DNA of 64,000 nt from Escherichia coli (lineage in GTDB: Bacteria; Pseudomonadota; Gammaproteobacteria; Enterobacterales; Enterobacteriaceae): assembly GCF_016026235.1 (NCBI RefSeq), contig NZ_CP065613.1, one strand, 5' to 3'. The translations under genes and the position numbers were made by a program. Each line of letters starts with the position of its first letter. Within the stretch, counting starts at the first letter, position 1. A model generated the notes under the pieces. It was not told the DNA's origin. It ran no database searches and was given only the letters and a program-made list of their open reading frames with translations. Below, one piece after another: positions 1 to 16,902 of this stretch.

Positions 1-394
1 GAGGCATGATAAGCACTCCAGTCAATGAGTATCACAACACGAGACATTCCCCGCGTAATCTTTTGGGTAATTCGCTGAAAAATGGTGGAAACCTCATTTT
101 GCAAATGTCGATTCCCCAACAGTCGATCCACCCGCTTTATTTTGTTTTTAACTGATGCCGTACCGGTTAAATGACGCCCGATACTGGTAAGTGTGAGGGA
201 AGCGCCATTTATTACAGCATTAGTTGCGTCAATCAGTGATTTTTGACGGTAAAGATGCAAAGGGGCCAGTATGTTGTTAAGGAAATTTTGGCATAATGAA
301 CGTGCAGGCATAGTGGTGATCTCCTTGAAATTGTTAGCACAATCAATTAGATCACATCTCACTATGCCTGTCTTGTTTTCTGGGGATTCCTCAG
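1..394 (-). mobile_element. Partial copy (left end, first 394 bp) of an IS4-family IS10-like insertion sequence, running off the window start
   Basis: Bases 1-394 are the exact reverse complement of 35604-35997. Terminal inverted repeat TTTTCTGGGGATTCCTCAG at 376-394. Transposase start codon would be at 309-311 on the minus strand (partial CDS 1..311). Confidence 0.85.
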
Positions 395-452
395 GGGAAT
401 TCTCCGATCCCGGCTAGATTGTATTTTGTACAGGGAAATTAAAGTATGAAAC

Positions 453-478
453 GCGGGCACAGTTATCACCAGCCCGCG
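453..478 (-). terminator. GC-rich stem-loop downstream of uidR (possible terminator/attenuator)
   Basis: Inverted repeat CGCGGGC-N12-GCCCGCG immediately 3' of the uidR stop on the minus strand; weak U-tract. Confidence 0.35.
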
Positions 479-489
479 AAATGAGAGGA

Positions 490-1080
490 TCAGGATGCGG
501 TTAAGATACCGCCAATCATCGCGCGTAATCCCTGAGCAAACGACGCTTCACGCGCCAGATCTTCCGCTTCGATATCGGCCAGTACACCGTAGGTCAGATC
601 CAGCAGTAAACGTGAAGTCATTGACGTGTTGATGTCTGGGCTTATCTCGCCTTTTTGCTGGGCATCACGCATCCGCTCGGCAACAAATTCAGTGATCGTC
701 ATATGCTTATTTTTAAGCATGGCGGCGACCTGTGGGTTACGCATCCCTTCCGCCATAATTTCGACCACCAGCGCCCGTTGCCCAAAGGCTTCATGGGTGA
801 GAGAGACAATAGACTCGACCATATAGTCAACAAAATGAATCCCTTCAATCGGTTCCCGGAAACGGGCCAGCGCCCTCTCCTGGTCCTGTAAGATAATCGC
901 CTGAATCAAGGCTTCTTTGGAGATGAAATGGTGATAGAGCGTCCCGGGACTAATGGCGCAGGATTTACAGATGGCTTTCATCGAGGCACTGTGAAATCCA
1001 TTTTCTGAAAAAATCTCTCTGGCAGCATTGAGGATCCGGGTCCGTGTCGGTTGTGCTTCAGTCTGCATGTTATCCATCAT
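490..1080 (-). CDS. uidR: TetR-family repressor of the beta-glucuronidase (gus/uid) operon
   Basis: 196-aa ORF with N-terminal TetR-type HTH; sequence recognised as E. coli UidR/GusR; K-12 neighbourhood (hdhA, malI follow). Confidence 0.9.
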   Translation of the reverse strand: MMDNMQTEAQPTRTRILNAAREIFSENGFHSASMKAICKSCAISPGTLYHHFISKEALIQAIILQDQERALARFREPIEGIHFVDYMVESIVSLTHEAFGQRALVVEIMAEGMRNPQVAAMLKNKHMTITEFVAERMRDAQQKGEISPDINTSMTSRLLLDLTYGVLADIEAEDLAREASFAQGLRAMIGGILTAS

Positions 1081-1308
1081 TAAACCATTATAGTTAGCGT
1101 GAATAACTAGTTTACCGCGTTGTCAGGTGAGCGCCTATCATTGCTGTTGAATAGTGCGAAGGCACACTCTATCCGTATGCTTTTCATCCAGCTATTGGTT
1201 AACCAATAGCCGTGATTTGGCTGCCAGTTGTTTAGCAGAGACGTTGATGAATTGCACACGCTATCCCGGTAAACAACACATACGGCTGTTTACCGGTTCG
1301 TTAGTGTA

Positions 1309-2076
1309 TTAATTGAGCTCCTGTACCCCACCACCGGAGACGGTGAGAATTTGTCCGCTTACCCAGCTGGCTGCAGGCGAGCAAAGGAACAGCGCCGCGT
1401 TAGCAATATCTTGCGGTTGGCCCAGACGTCTGATCGGCGTGTGCTGTAACATTTTTTGTTCAATTTCTGGTGTAATAACGGATTTCAGGGCATCGGTTAA
1501 TATTGCCCCCGGCGCAATGCCATTCACCCGAATATTTTTTTCACCCAGGTCAAATGCCATATTTCTGACCAGATGACTGGCCGCAGCTTTAGATGATGCA
1601 TAGGAAGTCATGTTTATATTTTTATTTTCTGCCGCCATAGAAGTGATGGTCAGAATAACGCCACCGCCATTTTTTTCCATTTCTGGCGCAACAAGTTGTG
1701 ACAGATGGAAAAAAGAAAACACATTCAGTTCATAAGCACGGCGAAAATCCGCCATTGGCATATCAAACGGTTTAGGTCCACCGCCACCGGCGTTGTTAAC
1801 CAGAATATCAACTTTACCCAGCTTACTGATAGCAAAGTCTGCCAGTGCAGAGAGTTCCTGTTCGGAAGTAATATCACAACGGCAGGCAAATGCCTGACCA
1901 CCCAGTTGTTGAATTTCGTCTACAACATGGTTAGCTGCGTCGGCGTTAATATCACTGACCACCACAGATGCGCCAGCTGTCGCGAATGTAATGGCGATTT
2001 CTTTACCAATACCTGCACCCGCACCTGTGATGATGGCGCATTTTCCGTCGAGTCTCAGGTTGTCAGAATTAAACAC
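1309..2076 (-). CDS. hdhA: 7-alpha-hydroxysteroid dehydrogenase (short-chain dehydrogenase/reductase)
   Basis: 255 aa; N-terminal TGAGAGIG Rossmann motif and SDR catalytic YxxxK signature; matches E. coli HdhA. Confidence 0.9.
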   Translation of the reverse strand: MFNSDNLRLDGKCAIITGAGAGIGKEIAITFATAGASVVVSDINADAANHVVDEIQQLGGQAFACRCDITSEQELSALADFAISKLGKVDILVNNAGGGGPKPFDMPMADFRRAYELNVFSFFHLSQLVAPEMEKNGGGVILTITSMAAENKNINMTSYASSKAAASHLVRNMAFDLGEKNIRVNGIAPGAILTDALKSVITPEIEQKMLQHTPIRRLGQPQDIANAALFLCSPAASWVSGQILTVSGGGVQELN

Positions 2077-2187
2077 ATAAACCTCCTGTGAACTTCAGTA
2101 AAAATAAAAGGCACCGCCTGTGTGCCACATTTTTTATCATTAACCTTGAGGAAAGGACACTACCAGGTATAGCAGATAAAGAGAGGA

Positions 2188-4983
<2,796 letters not shown>

Positions 4984-4992
4984 GGATAAGAT

Positions 4993-6165
4993 ATGTTCGA
5001 TTTTTCAAAGGTCGTGGATCGTCATGGCACATGGTGTACGCAGTGGGATTATGTCGCTGACCGTTTCGGCACTGCTGACCTGTTACCGTTCACGATTTCA
5101 GACATGGATTTTGCCACTGCCCCCTGCATTATCGAGGCGCTGAATCAGCGCCTGATGCACGGCGTGTTTGGCTACAGCCGCTGGAAGAACGATGAGTTTC
5201 TCGCGGCTATTGCCCACTGGTTTTCCACCCAGCATTACACCGCCATCGATCCTCAGTCGGTGGTGTATGGTCCTTCTGTTATCTATATGGTCTCAGAACT
5301 GATTCGTCAGTGGTCTGAAACAGGTGAAGGCGTGGTGATCCACACACCCGCCTATGACGCATTTTACAAGGCCATTGAAGGTAATCAGCGCACAGTAATG
5401 CCCGTTGCTTTAGAGAAGCAGGCTGACGGCTGGTTTTGCGATATGGGCAAGCTGGAAGCCGTGTTGGCGAAACCAGAATGTAAAATTATGCTCCTGTGTA
5501 GCCCACAGAATCCTACCGGGAAAGTGTGGACGTGTGATGAGCTGGAGATCATGGCTGACCTATGCGAGCGTCATGGTGTGCGGGTTATTTCCGATGAAAT
5601 CCATATGGATATGGTTTGGGGCGAGCAGCCGCATATTCCCTGGAGTAATGTGGCGCGGGGAGACTGGGCGTTGCTAACGTCGGGATCGAAAAGTTTCAAT
5701 ATTCCCGCCCTGACCGGTGCTTACGGGATTATAGAAAATAGCAGTAGCCGCGATGCCTATTTATCGGCACTGAAAGGCCGTGATGGGCTTTCTTCCCCTT
5801 CGGTACTGGCGTTAACTGCTCATATCGCCGCCTATCAGCAAGGCGCGCCGTGGCTGAATGCCTTACGCGTCTATCTGAAAGATAACCTGACGTATATCGC
5901 AGATAAAATGAACGCCGCGTTTCCTGAACTCAACTGGCAGATCCCGCAATCCACTTATCTGGCCTGGCTTGATCTACGTCCGTTGAATATTGACGACAAC
6001 GCCTTGCAAAAAGCGCTTATTGAGCAAGAGAAGGTCGCGATCATGCCGGGGTATACCTACGGTGAAGAAGGTCGTGGTTTTGTCCGACTCAATGCCGGCT
6101 GCCCACGTTCGAAACTGGAAAAAGGTGTGGCTGGATTAATTAACGCCATCCGCGTTGTTCGTTAA
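4993..6165 (+). CDS. malY: PLP-dependent cystathionine beta-lyase MalY
   Basis: 390 aa; aminotransferase class I/II fold; 10 bp downstream of malX. Confidence 0.9.
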   Translation: MFDFSKVVDRHGTWCTQWDYVADRFGTADLLPFTISDMDFATAPCIIEALNQRLMHGVFGYSRWKNDEFLAAIAHWFSTQHYTAIDPQSVVYGPSVIYMVSELIRQWSETGEGVVIHTPAYDAFYKAIEGNQRTVMPVALEKQADGWFCDMGKLEAVLAKPECKIMLLCSPQNPTGKVWTCDELEIMADLCERHGVRVISDEIHMDMVWGEQPHIPWSNVARGDWALLTSGSKSFNIPALTGAYGIIENSSSRDAYLSALKGRDGLSSPSVLALTAHIAAYQQGAPWLNALRVYLKDNLTYIADKMNAAFPELNWQIPQSTYLAWLDLRPLNIDDNALQKALIEQEKVAIMPGYTYGEEGRGFVRLNAGCPRSKLEKGVAGLINAIRVVR

Positions 6166-6268
6166 CCCCAATTGCGCAACGTAAAAAATCGTTGCGCAAT
6201 CGTGGATTTTTACCCTGCTTTGTTTTTATAATGGTGCGCACTTTTATATCCAGAAAAAGAGTGCGACC

Positions 6269-7270
6269 ATGATTGATACCACCCTGCCATTAACTGATAT
6301 CCATCGCCACCTTGATGGCAACATTCGTCCCCAGACCATTCTTGAACTTGGCCGCCAGTATAATATCTCGCTTCCTGCACAATCCCTGGAAACACTGATT
6401 CCCCACGTTCAGGTCATTGCCAACGAACCCGATCTGGTGAGCTTTCTGACCAAACTTGACTGGGGCGTTAAAGTTCTCGCCTCTCTTGATGCTTGCCGCC
6501 GCGTGGCATTTGAAAACATTGAAGATGCAGCCCGTAACGGCCTGCACTATGTCGAGCTGCGTTTTTCACCGGGCTACATGGCAATGGCACATCAGCTGCC
6601 TGTAGCGGGTGTTGTCGAAGCGGTGATCGATGGCGTACGTGAAGGTTGCCGCACCTTTGGTGTGCAGGCGAAGCTTATCGGCATTATGAGCCGGACCTTC
6701 GGCGAAGCCGCCTGTCAGCAAGAGCTGGAGGCCTTTTTAGCCCACCGTGACCAGATTACCGCACTTGATTTAGCCGGTGATGAACTTGGTTTCCCGGGAA
6801 GTCTGTTCCTTTCCCACTTCAACCGCGCGCGTGATGCGGGCTGGCATATTACCGTCCATGCAGGCGAAGCTGCCGGGCCGGAAAGCATCTGGCAGGCGAT
6901 TCGTGAACTGGGTGCGGAGCGTATTGGACATGGCGTAAAAGCCGTTGAAGATCGGGCGCTGATGGATTTTCTCGCCGAGCAACAAATTGGTATTGAATCC
7001 TGTCTGACCTCCAATATTCAGACCAGCACCGTGGCTGAGCTGGCTGCACATCCGCTGAAAACGTTCCTTGATCATGGCATTCGTGCCAGCATTAACACTG
7101 ACGATCCCGGCGTACAGGGAGTGGATATCATTCACGAATATAACGTTGCCGCGCCAGCTGCTGGGTTATCCCGCGAGCAAATCCGCCAGGCACAGATTAA
7201 TGGTCTGGAAATGGCTTTCCTCAGCGCTGAGGAAAAACGCGCACTGCGAGAAAAAGTCGCTGCGAAGTAA
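6269..7270 (+). CDS. add: Adenosine deaminase
   Basis: 333 aa; metal-binding HRH motif near the N-terminus and TxHAGE motif typical of adenosine deaminases. Confidence 0.95.
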   Translation: MIDTTLPLTDIHRHLDGNIRPQTILELGRQYNISLPAQSLETLIPHVQVIANEPDLVSFLTKLDWGVKVLASLDACRRVAFENIEDAARNGLHYVELRFSPGYMAMAHQLPVAGVVEAVIDGVREGCRTFGVQAKLIGIMSRTFGEAACQQELEAFLAHRDQITALDLAGDELGFPGSLFLSHFNRARDAGWHITVHAGEAAGPESIWQAIRELGAERIGHGVKAVEDRALMDFLAEQQIGIESCLTSNIQTSTVAELAAHPLKTFLDHGIRASINTDDPGVQGVDIIHEYNVAAPAAGLSREQIRQAQINGLEMAFLSAEEKRALREKVAAK

Positions 7271-7277
7271 CAAAACT

Positions 7278-7306
7278 GGATGGTGCAAATTGCACCATCC
7301 ATTTTT
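7278..7306 (+). terminator. Rho-independent terminator after add (overlaps ydgJ stop)
   Basis: Hairpin GGATGGTGCAAATTGCACCATCC followed by TTTTT. Confidence 0.7.
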
Positions 7307-8346
7307 CACGCAAGGCACAAAGTCGCGCGATGTTTGGCGGATTCGATGCCCAGCTCAATCAACTCCATTACCTGGATTGCCTGGCTTGCCGGAACTGGAT
7401 TTTCACCATCGCCATTTAACGCATCACGAATCGCCGCATAGTAAGCCGGATAATTCCCAGGCACCGTCAACAGCGTTTCTTCGACACGTTCCTCACCTTC
7501 CACGCGGGTAAGTACGCCATCACGCATATCGTAGCCCCAGTCTTCCTGCGGCAGACGCTCGCCATTTTTCAGACGTTCTTCCTGTGGATCGAGGCCATAT
7601 TTCACATAACTGCCTCGGGATCCATGCACGATATACCGTGCTGACTCAGCGGCTGCCAGCATGGTACCGTGTAAAATGACTCGCCGCTGCGGATAGGACA
7701 AGATGGCGTGGAAATAATCGGTCGACTGCGCTCCGGGCCGTAACTGTGCCAAATCTACCGTCATGCTGACCGGTAAACCAAATAGCGTAATGGCCTGATC
7801 AAGAAGATGTGGTGCTAAATCGTACCAGATACCGCTGCCTGGGCCGCCCTGTTCACGCCAACGATCGCGCACCTGCGGACGGAAACGGTCAAAATGAGAC
7901 TCAAAGTAAGCAACTTCACCCAGCACGCCTTCCGCGAGCAAACCTTTTAGCGTCAAGAAATCGCTATCCCAACGACGGTTATGGAATACAGACAGCACAC
8001 GCCCCAGGCTTTTTGCCAGCGCATCCAGCTCTCGCGCTTGTGACAGTGTCACGGTAAAGGGTTTATCAACGACCACATGTTTACCCGCCTCAAGCGCTGC
8101 TTTGGCTAACGGGAAATGGGTATCGTTGGGTGTAGGAATAACAATCAGGTCTATGTTGGGATCGTTAAACAGATGCTTCGGCTCAGAGACAACCGTAACC
8201 GTTGGCCAGTCGGCTTTTACTTTTGTTTCATCACTGCTGGAGATTACCGCCAGTTCCAGCCCGGGCGTGCCCGCAATCAGGGGCGCATGGAAGGTTTTGC
8301 TCGCATAACCATACCCAATCAACCCAACACGGATGTTGTCGCTCAT
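7306..8346 (-). CDS. ydgJ: Gfo/Idh/MocA-family NAD(P)-dependent oxidoreductase
   Basis: 346 aa from ATG at 8346 (MSDNIRVGLIGYGYASK, Rossmann fold); longer listed ORF has an unsupported N-terminal extension. Confidence 0.85.
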   Translation of the reverse strand: MSDNIRVGLIGYGYASKTFHAPLIAGTPGLELAVISSSDETKVKADWPTVTVVSEPKHLFNDPNIDLIVIPTPNDTHFPLAKAALEAGKHVVVDKPFTVTLSQARELDALAKSLGRVLSVFHNRRWDSDFLTLKGLLAEGVLGEVAYFESHFDRFRPQVRDRWREQGGPGSGIWYDLAPHLLDQAITLFGLPVSMTVDLAQLRPGAQSTDYFHAILSYPQRRVILHGTMLAAAESARYIVHGSRGSYVKYGLDPQEERLKNGERLPQEDWGYDMRDGVLTRVEGEERVEETLLTVPGNYPAYYAAIRDALNGDGENPVPASQAIQVMELIELGIESAKHRATLCLA

Positions 8347-8588
8347 GTCATTGCCTCTCATTGAAGTATGATGGCTATTTGACACTATCCTTTACCCTCG
8401 CTCAACAGTTTAATAACCTGCCAGCAATAAGGTATGTTGTTTAACTTAAGTCAAAAAAATAGCGAATTTTCCAACGACAAAAGCTAAATATCGCAAAAAC
8501 CTCAGTAAAAATCTTGCTGGAGCTATTATTGCTAAGTAACATTTACCCCCTGAAGTTAATGGATCAATCAACAGAGATGTGAGTTGTA

Positions 8589-8714
8589 ATGAATCGTCTT
8601 ATTGAATTAACAGGTTGGATCGTTCTTGTCGTTTCAGTCATTCTTCTTGGCGTGGCGAGTCACATTGACAACTATCAGCCACCTGAACAGAGTACTACGG
8701 TACAACACAAGTAA
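8589..8714 (+). CDS. blr: Small inner-membrane protein Blr (41 aa)
   Basis: 42-codon ORF MNRLIELTGWIVLVVSVILLGVASHIDNYQPPEQSTTVQHK with a single transmembrane helix; position between ydgJ and cnu as in K-12; not in the supplied ORF track (below size cutoff). Confidence 0.75.
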   Translation: MNRLIELTGWIVLVVSVILLGVASHIDNYQPPEQSTTVQHK

Positions 8715-8986
8715 GCTATGCGCTTGTAGAGCGACATGCTGCCCGTCCGGGTGCATGTTTTCACTTGTCGGATATTAAACCAGGAATTTATTATCTTGTT
8801 CGGTGTTGTTGGTGATTGTCAGGGATAGTAAAGCGCGTTACTCTTTTCATAGCAGTTTTTCATCCCTGAATATTTACCATCAGCGCATTCTTATTATTGT
8901 AATAACACAAGCGTTCACTTTTGGTGAAATTTTATCATCACTAATAATACCTACCCCTTTGGTATTAATTATTTTATGGACCTTTT

Positions 8987-9202
8987 ATGACTGTTCAGGA
9001 CTACTTATTAAAATTTCGCAAAATCAGTTCACTCGAAAGTCTGGAAAAACTCTACGACCATCTTAATTACACCCTGACGGACGATCAGGAACTGATCAAT
9101 ATGTATCGTGCTGCCGATCACCGTCGCGCAGAGCTGGTTTCTGGCGGGCGTTTGTTTGACCTCGGCCAGGTACCGAAGTCCGTCTGGCACTATGTCCAAT
9201 AA
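8987..9202 (+). CDS. cnu: Hha/YmoA-family nucleoid-associated protein Cnu (YdgT)
   Basis: 71 aa; sequence recognised as E. coli Cnu. Confidence 0.9.
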
Positions 9203-9287
9203 AGAAAGTAGCGATCGGTTATAAAAGCCTTATAATAACGCCCCTAAAATTAGATTTGCCTGTTTGCGTCGCTATTCTGGAGAACCT

Positions 9288-9728
9288 ATGACCACCACAA
9301 CGCCACAACGTATTGGAGGCTGGTTGCTTGGCCCGTTGGCCTGGCTTTTAGTCGCTCTGTTAAGTACGACGCTGGCGTTGTTGCTGTATACCGCTGCGTT
9401 ATCTTCTCCGCAAACATTTCAAACGCTCGGCGCACAAGCACTGACGACACAAATCTTATGGGGCGTTTCTTTTATTACCGCTATCGCCATGTGGTATTAC
9501 ACACTGTGGTTGACCATCGCTTTCTTTAAACGTCGGCGTTGTGTTCCTAAACACTATATTATCTGGCTGCTTATTTCCGTATTGCTGGCAGTAAAAGCGT
9601 TCGCTTTTTCACCCGTGGAAGATGGCATAGCCGTTCGCCAGTTGCTGTTTACTTTGTTGGCAACCGCATTGATCGTCCCCTATTTCAAACGCTCGTCGCG
9701 GGTGAAAGCGACGTTTGTGAATCCGTAA
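9288..9728 (+). CDS. ydgK: Inner membrane protein YdgK
   Basis: 146 aa from ATG at 9288 (MTTTTPQRIGGW...); four predicted transmembrane helices; immediately upstream of rsxA. Confidence 0.75.
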   Translation: MTTTTPQRIGGWLLGPLAWLLVALLSTTLALLLYTAALSSPQTFQTLGAQALTTQILWGVSFITAIAMWYYTLWLTIAFFKRRRCVPKHYIIWLLISVLLAVKAFAFSPVEDGIAVRQLLFTLLATALIVPYFKRSSRVKATFVNP

Positions 9729-9804
9729 TAACCTTACAGTTAACCTGTTGTCGCCTGCTCTGGATTAACGGATAATAGGCGGCTTTTTTATTTCAGGCCG
9801 AAAA

Positions 9805-10385
9805 ATGACTGACTACCTGTTACTGTTTGTCGGAACTGTACTGGTCAATAACTTTGTACTGGTCAAGTTTCTCGGTCTCTGTCCGTTTATGGGGGTTTCC
9901 AAAAAGCTGGAAACCGCGATGGGCATGGGGCTGGCAACAACGTTTGTGATGACGCTGGCGTCTATTTGCGCCTGGCTTATCGATACGTGGATTTTGATCC
10001 CACTTAATCTGATTTACCTGCGCACCCTGGCATTTATTCTGGTGATTGCTGTGGTCGTGCAGTTCACCGAGATGGTGGTGCGCAAAACCAGCCCGGTGCT
10101 TTACCGTTTGCTGGGGATTTTTTTGCCGCTTATCACCACCAACTGTGCCGTGCTCGGCGTGGCGTTGCTGAATATCAATCTCGGGCACAATTTCTTGCAG
10201 TCGGCGCTGTACGGTTTTTCCGCCGCTGTCGGTTTTTCGCTGGTGATGGTTCTCTTCGCCGCCATCCGCGAACGCCTTGCCGTGGCTGATGTCCCGGCAC
10301 CTTTTCGCGGTAATGCCATTGCGTTAATTACCGCAGGTCTTATGTCTCTGGCCTTTATGGGCTTTAGTGGTTTGGTGAAGTTGTA

Positions 10386-10386
<1 letters not shown>
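9805..10386 (+). CDS. rsxA: Rsx/Rnf electron transport complex subunit A
   Basis: 193 aa polytopic membrane protein; first gene of the rsxABCDGE operon; stop overlaps rsxB start (TAATG). Confidence 0.95.
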
Positions 10387-13275
<2,889 letters not shown>

Positions 13276-14334
13276 ATGGTATTCAGAATAGCTAGCTCCC
13301 CTTATACCCATAACCAGCGCCAGACATCGCGCATTATGCTGTTGGTGTTGCTCGCAGCCGTGCCAGGAATCGCAGCGCAACTGTGGGTTTTTGGTTGGGG
13401 TACTCTCGTTCAGATCCTGTTGGCATCGGTTAGTGCTCTGTTAGCCGAAGCTCTCGTACTCAAACTACGCAAACAGTCGGTAGCCGCCACGTTGAAAGAT
13501 AACTCAGCATTGCTGACAGGCTTATTGCTGGCGGTAAGTATTCCCCCCCTCGCGCCATGGTGGATGGTCGTGCTGGGTACGGTGTTTGCGGTGATTATCG
13601 CTAAACAGTTGTATGGCGGTCTGGGACAAAACCCGTTTAATCCGGCAATGATTGGTTATGTGGTCTTACTGATCTCCTTCCCGGTGCAGATGACCAGCTG
13701 GTTACCGCCACATGAAATTGCGGTCAACATCCCTGGTTTTATCGACGCCATACAGGTTATTTTCAGCGGGCATACCGCCAGTGGTGGTGATATGAACACA
13801 CTACGCTTAGGTATTGATGGCATTAGTCAGGCGACACCGCTGGATACATTTAAAACCTCTGTCCGTGCCGGTCATTCGGTTGAACAGATTATGCAATATC
13901 CGATCTACAGCGGTATTCTGGCGGGCGCTGGTTGGCAATGGGTAAATCTCGCCTGGCTGGCTGGCGGCGTATGGTTGCTATGGCAGAAAGCGATTCGCTG
14001 GCATATTCCCCTCGGCTTCTTAGTAACGCTGGCGTTATGCGCAACGTTGGGCTGGTTGTTCTCACCAGAAACACTGGCAGCACCGCAAATTCATCTGCTG
14101 TCTGGAGCGACCATGCTCGGCGCATTCTTTATTTTGACTGACCCGGTTACCGCTTCTACGACCAATCGTGGTCGTCTTATTTTCGGCGCGCTGGCGGGCT
14201 TATTGGTCTGGTTGATCCGCAGTTTCGGCGGCTATCCTGACGGCGTGGCTTTTGCCGTCCTGCTGGCGAACATCACGGTTCCTCTGATCGATTACTACAC
14301 GCGTCCGCGCGTCTACGGCCATCGCAAAGGGTAA
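13276..14334 (+). CDS. rsxD: Rsx/Rnf complex subunit D
   Basis: 352 aa integral membrane protein; start abuts rsxC stop. Confidence 0.95.
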   Translation: MVFRIASSPYTHNQRQTSRIMLLVLLAAVPGIAAQLWVFGWGTLVQILLASVSALLAEALVLKLRKQSVAATLKDNSALLTGLLLAVSIPPLAPWWMVVLGTVFAVIIAKQLYGGLGQNPFNPAMIGYVVLLISFPVQMTSWLPPHEIAVNIPGFIDAIQVIFSGHTASGGDMNTLRLGIDGISQATPLDTFKTSVRAGHSVEQIMQYPIYSGILAGAGWQWVNLAWLAGGVWLLWQKAIRWHIPLGFLVTLALCATLGWLFSPETLAAPQIHLLSGATMLGAFFILTDPVTASTTNRGRLIFGALAGLLVWLIRSFGGYPDGVAFAVLLANITVPLIDYYTRPRVYGHRKG

Positions 14335-14337
14335 ACC

Positions 14338-14958
14338 ATGCTGAAAACTATCCGAAAACACGGCATTACGTTGGCGCTATTTGCAGCGGGTTCAACAGGG
14401 TTAACTGCGGCCATCAACCAGATGACCAAAACGACGATTGCTGAACAGGCCAGTCTGCAACAAAAGGCGTTATTTGATCAGGTGCTGCCAGCCGAACGCT
14501 ATAACAATGCGCTGGCACAGAGTTGCTATCTGGTAACTGCGCCAGAGTTAGGTAAAGGTGAGCATCGGGTTTACATCGCCAAACAGGATGACAAACCGGT
14601 AGCCGCCGTTCTGGAAGCAACCGCGCCAGATGGCTATTCCGGTGCGATTCAGCTGCTGGTGGGAGCCGATTTTAACGGCACGGTACTTGGCACGCGCGTG
14701 ACAGAGCACCACGAAACGCCAGGGCTTGGCGATAAAATCGAACTGCGCCTTTCTGACTGGATCACCCATTTTGCGGGTAAAAAAATCAGTGGTGCGGATG
14801 ATGCGCACTGGGCGGTGAAGAAAGATGGTGGTGATTTCGACCAGTTCACCGGCGCGACGATTACTCCCCGCGCGGTGGTTAATGCGGTAAAACGCGCCGG
14901 ATTGTACGCTCAGACGTTACCGGCACAACTTTCTCAACTTCCTGCCTGTGGAGAATAA
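14338..14958 (+). CDS. rsxG: Rsx/Rnf complex subunit G (FMN-binding)
   Basis: 206 aa; N-terminal anchor helix; RnfG family. Confidence 0.95.
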   Translation: MLKTIRKHGITLALFAAGSTGLTAAINQMTKTTIAEQASLQQKALFDQVLPAERYNNALAQSCYLVTAPELGKGEHRVYIAKQDDKPVAAVLEATAPDGYSGAIQLLVGADFNGTVLGTRVTEHHETPGLGDKIELRLSDWITHFAGKKISGADDAHWAVKKDGGDFDQFTGATITPRAVVNAVKRAGLYAQTLPAQLSQLPACGE

Positions 14959-14961
14959 AGC

Positions 14962-15657
14962 GTGAGCGAAATTAAAGACGTTATTGTTCAGGGGTTGTGG
15001 AAAAACAACTCTGCGCTGGTCCAGTTGCTCGGCCTTTGTCCTCTGTTGGCGGTCACGTCCACTGCCACTAACGCTCTGGGTTTAGGACTTGCGACTACGC
15101 TGGTACTGACGCTGACCAACCTGACCATTTCGACGCTGCGTCACTGGACGCCAGCCGAGATCCGCATTCCCATTTACGTGATGATCATCGCCTCGGTGGT
15201 CAGCGCTGTACAGATGCTGATCAACGCCTACGCCTTTGGCCTGTATCAATCATTAGGGATTTTTATTCCGCTGATTGTCACTAACTGTATCGTTGTGGGC
15301 CGCGCTGAAGCCTTCGCCGCCAAAAAAGGTCCGGCGCTTTCGGCACTGGACGGCTTTTCAATTGGTATGGGCGCAACCTGCGCCATGTTCGTGCTGGGTT
15401 CTCTACGCGAAATTATCGGCAATGGCACGTTGTTTGACGGTGCAGATTCGCTGTTAGGTAGCTGGGCAAAAGTATTACGCGTGGAGATTTTCCACACCGA
15501 CTCCCCTTTCCTGTTGGCGATGCTGCCACCAGGTGCATTTATTGGCCTGGGACTGATGCTGGCAGGAAAATACCTGATTGATGAAAGAATGAAAAAGCGC
15601 CGTACTGAAGCAGCTGCCGAACGTGCATTGCCAAACGGTGAAACAGGGAGTGTCTGA
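14962..15657 (+). CDS. rsxE: Rsx/Rnf complex subunit E
   Basis: 231 aa membrane protein paralogous to rsxA; stop overlaps nth start (TGATG). Confidence 0.95.
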   Translation: MSEIKDVIVQGLWKNNSALVQLLGLCPLLAVTSTATNALGLGLATTLVLTLTNLTISTLRHWTPAEIRIPIYVMIIASVVSAVQMLINAYAFGLYQSLGIFIPLIVTNCIVVGRAEAFAAKKGPALSALDGFSIGMGATCAMFVLGSLREIIGNGTLFDGADSLLGSWAKVLRVEIFHTDSPFLLAMLPPGAFIGLGLMLAGKYLIDERMKKRRTEAAAERALPNGETGSV

Positions 15658-16292
15658 TGAACAAAGCAAAACGCCTGGAGATCCTCACTCGCCTGCGTGA
15701 GAACAATCCTCATCCCACCACCGAGCTTAATTTCAGTTCGCCTTTTGAATTGCTGATTGCCGTACTGCTTTCCGCTCAGGCGACCGATGTCAGTGTTAAT
15801 AAGGCGACGGCGAAACTCTACCCGGTGGCGAATACGCCTGCAGCGATGCTTGAACTGGGCGTTGAAGGGGTGAAAACCTATATCAAAACGATTGGGCTTT
15901 ATAACAGCAAAGCAGAAAATATCATCAAAACCTGCCGTATCTTACTGGAGCAGCATAATGGCGAGGTTCCGGAAGATCGTGCTGCGCTTGAAGCCCTGCC
16001 CGGCGTAGGTCGTAAAACAGCCAACGTCGTATTAAACACTGCATTCGGCTGGCCGACTATTGCTGTCGACACGCACATTTTCCGCGTTTGTAATCGTACT
16101 CAATTTGCGCCGGGGAAAAACGTCGAACAGGTAGAAGAAAAGCTACTGAAAGTGGTTCCGGCAGAGTTTAAAGTCGACTGCCACCATTGGTTGATCCTGC
16201 ACGGGCGTTATACCTGCATTGCCCGCAAGCCCCGCTGTGGCTCTTGTATTATTGAAGATCTTTGTGAATACAAAGAGAAAGTTGACATCTGA
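15657..16292 (+). CDS. nth: Endonuclease III (DNA glycosylase/AP lyase)
   Basis: 211 aa; HhH-GPD motif and C-terminal Cx6CxxCx5C Fe-S cluster loop. Confidence 0.95.
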   Translation: MNKAKRLEILTRLRENNPHPTTELNFSSPFELLIAVLLSAQATDVSVNKATAKLYPVANTPAAMLELGVEGVKTYIKTIGLYNSKAENIIKTCRILLEQHNGEVPEDRAALEALPGVGRKTANVVLNTAFGWPTIAVDTHIFRVCNRTQFAPGKNVEQVEEKLLKVVPAEFKVDCHHWLILHGRYTCIARKPRCGSCIIEDLCEYKEKVDI

Positions 16293-16298
16293 AGAAAA

Positions 16299-16335
16299 GG
16301 GGTAACACCGATTACCCCATTGATAACCTTTCTTT
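16299..16335 (+). terminator. Candidate terminator after nth
   Basis: Hairpin GGGGTAA-N6-TTACCCC followed by a T-rich tract. Confidence 0.5.
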
Positions 16336-16902
16336 ATCCTCTTTTAAAACATCTTTTTAACGTCAATGATGCCATTGCTTAGCGTTATCATCAGGTAATC
16401 CGTTTGCGGATAACCAAAAATGCAGGTTAATTGTTTTTTTAATAGCGAAATTTTCTATTCATTCGTGATCAAGATCACGATGCTGTGGCAATGTAAAAAC
16501 ATTGCAAGAATCAGGTTAAAATCATTTAAATTTACACACGCAACAAATATTGACCTACAAAACATTACACTGGCTATTTTTCAGAAACTGGACTATCTCA
16601 CTAGGAAAAACGCTAAATAGCAGAACATATCGCCGTCAAGCCATCATCCCCCTCTCAATGCAGTGAAAAAATCTGCCGTTACGTTTTTTGAAAAATTTAA
16701 CGCTGGATAACATTTCCCGGAATGGTTGAATTCCCCGCCTCAGTTATATGTAACAGATTATTACAAAGGACTTGTCTGAAAGTGCAAGATAGTGAACATT
16801 ACCTGCCGTTTCCCCTCCCACTATAACAATTGCGCGTATGTTTTTTAGACATAACGCGAGAAAGCACCCCCGTTAATATGGGATGTAAAAAAAGAGGTAA
16901 AA

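Noticed and set aside
16420-16620. 66-aa ORF in the nth-dtpA intergenic region
   Set aside because: Lies in an AT-rich promoter/leader region with no RBS and a hydrophobic low-complexity product; more likely dtpA regulatory DNA.
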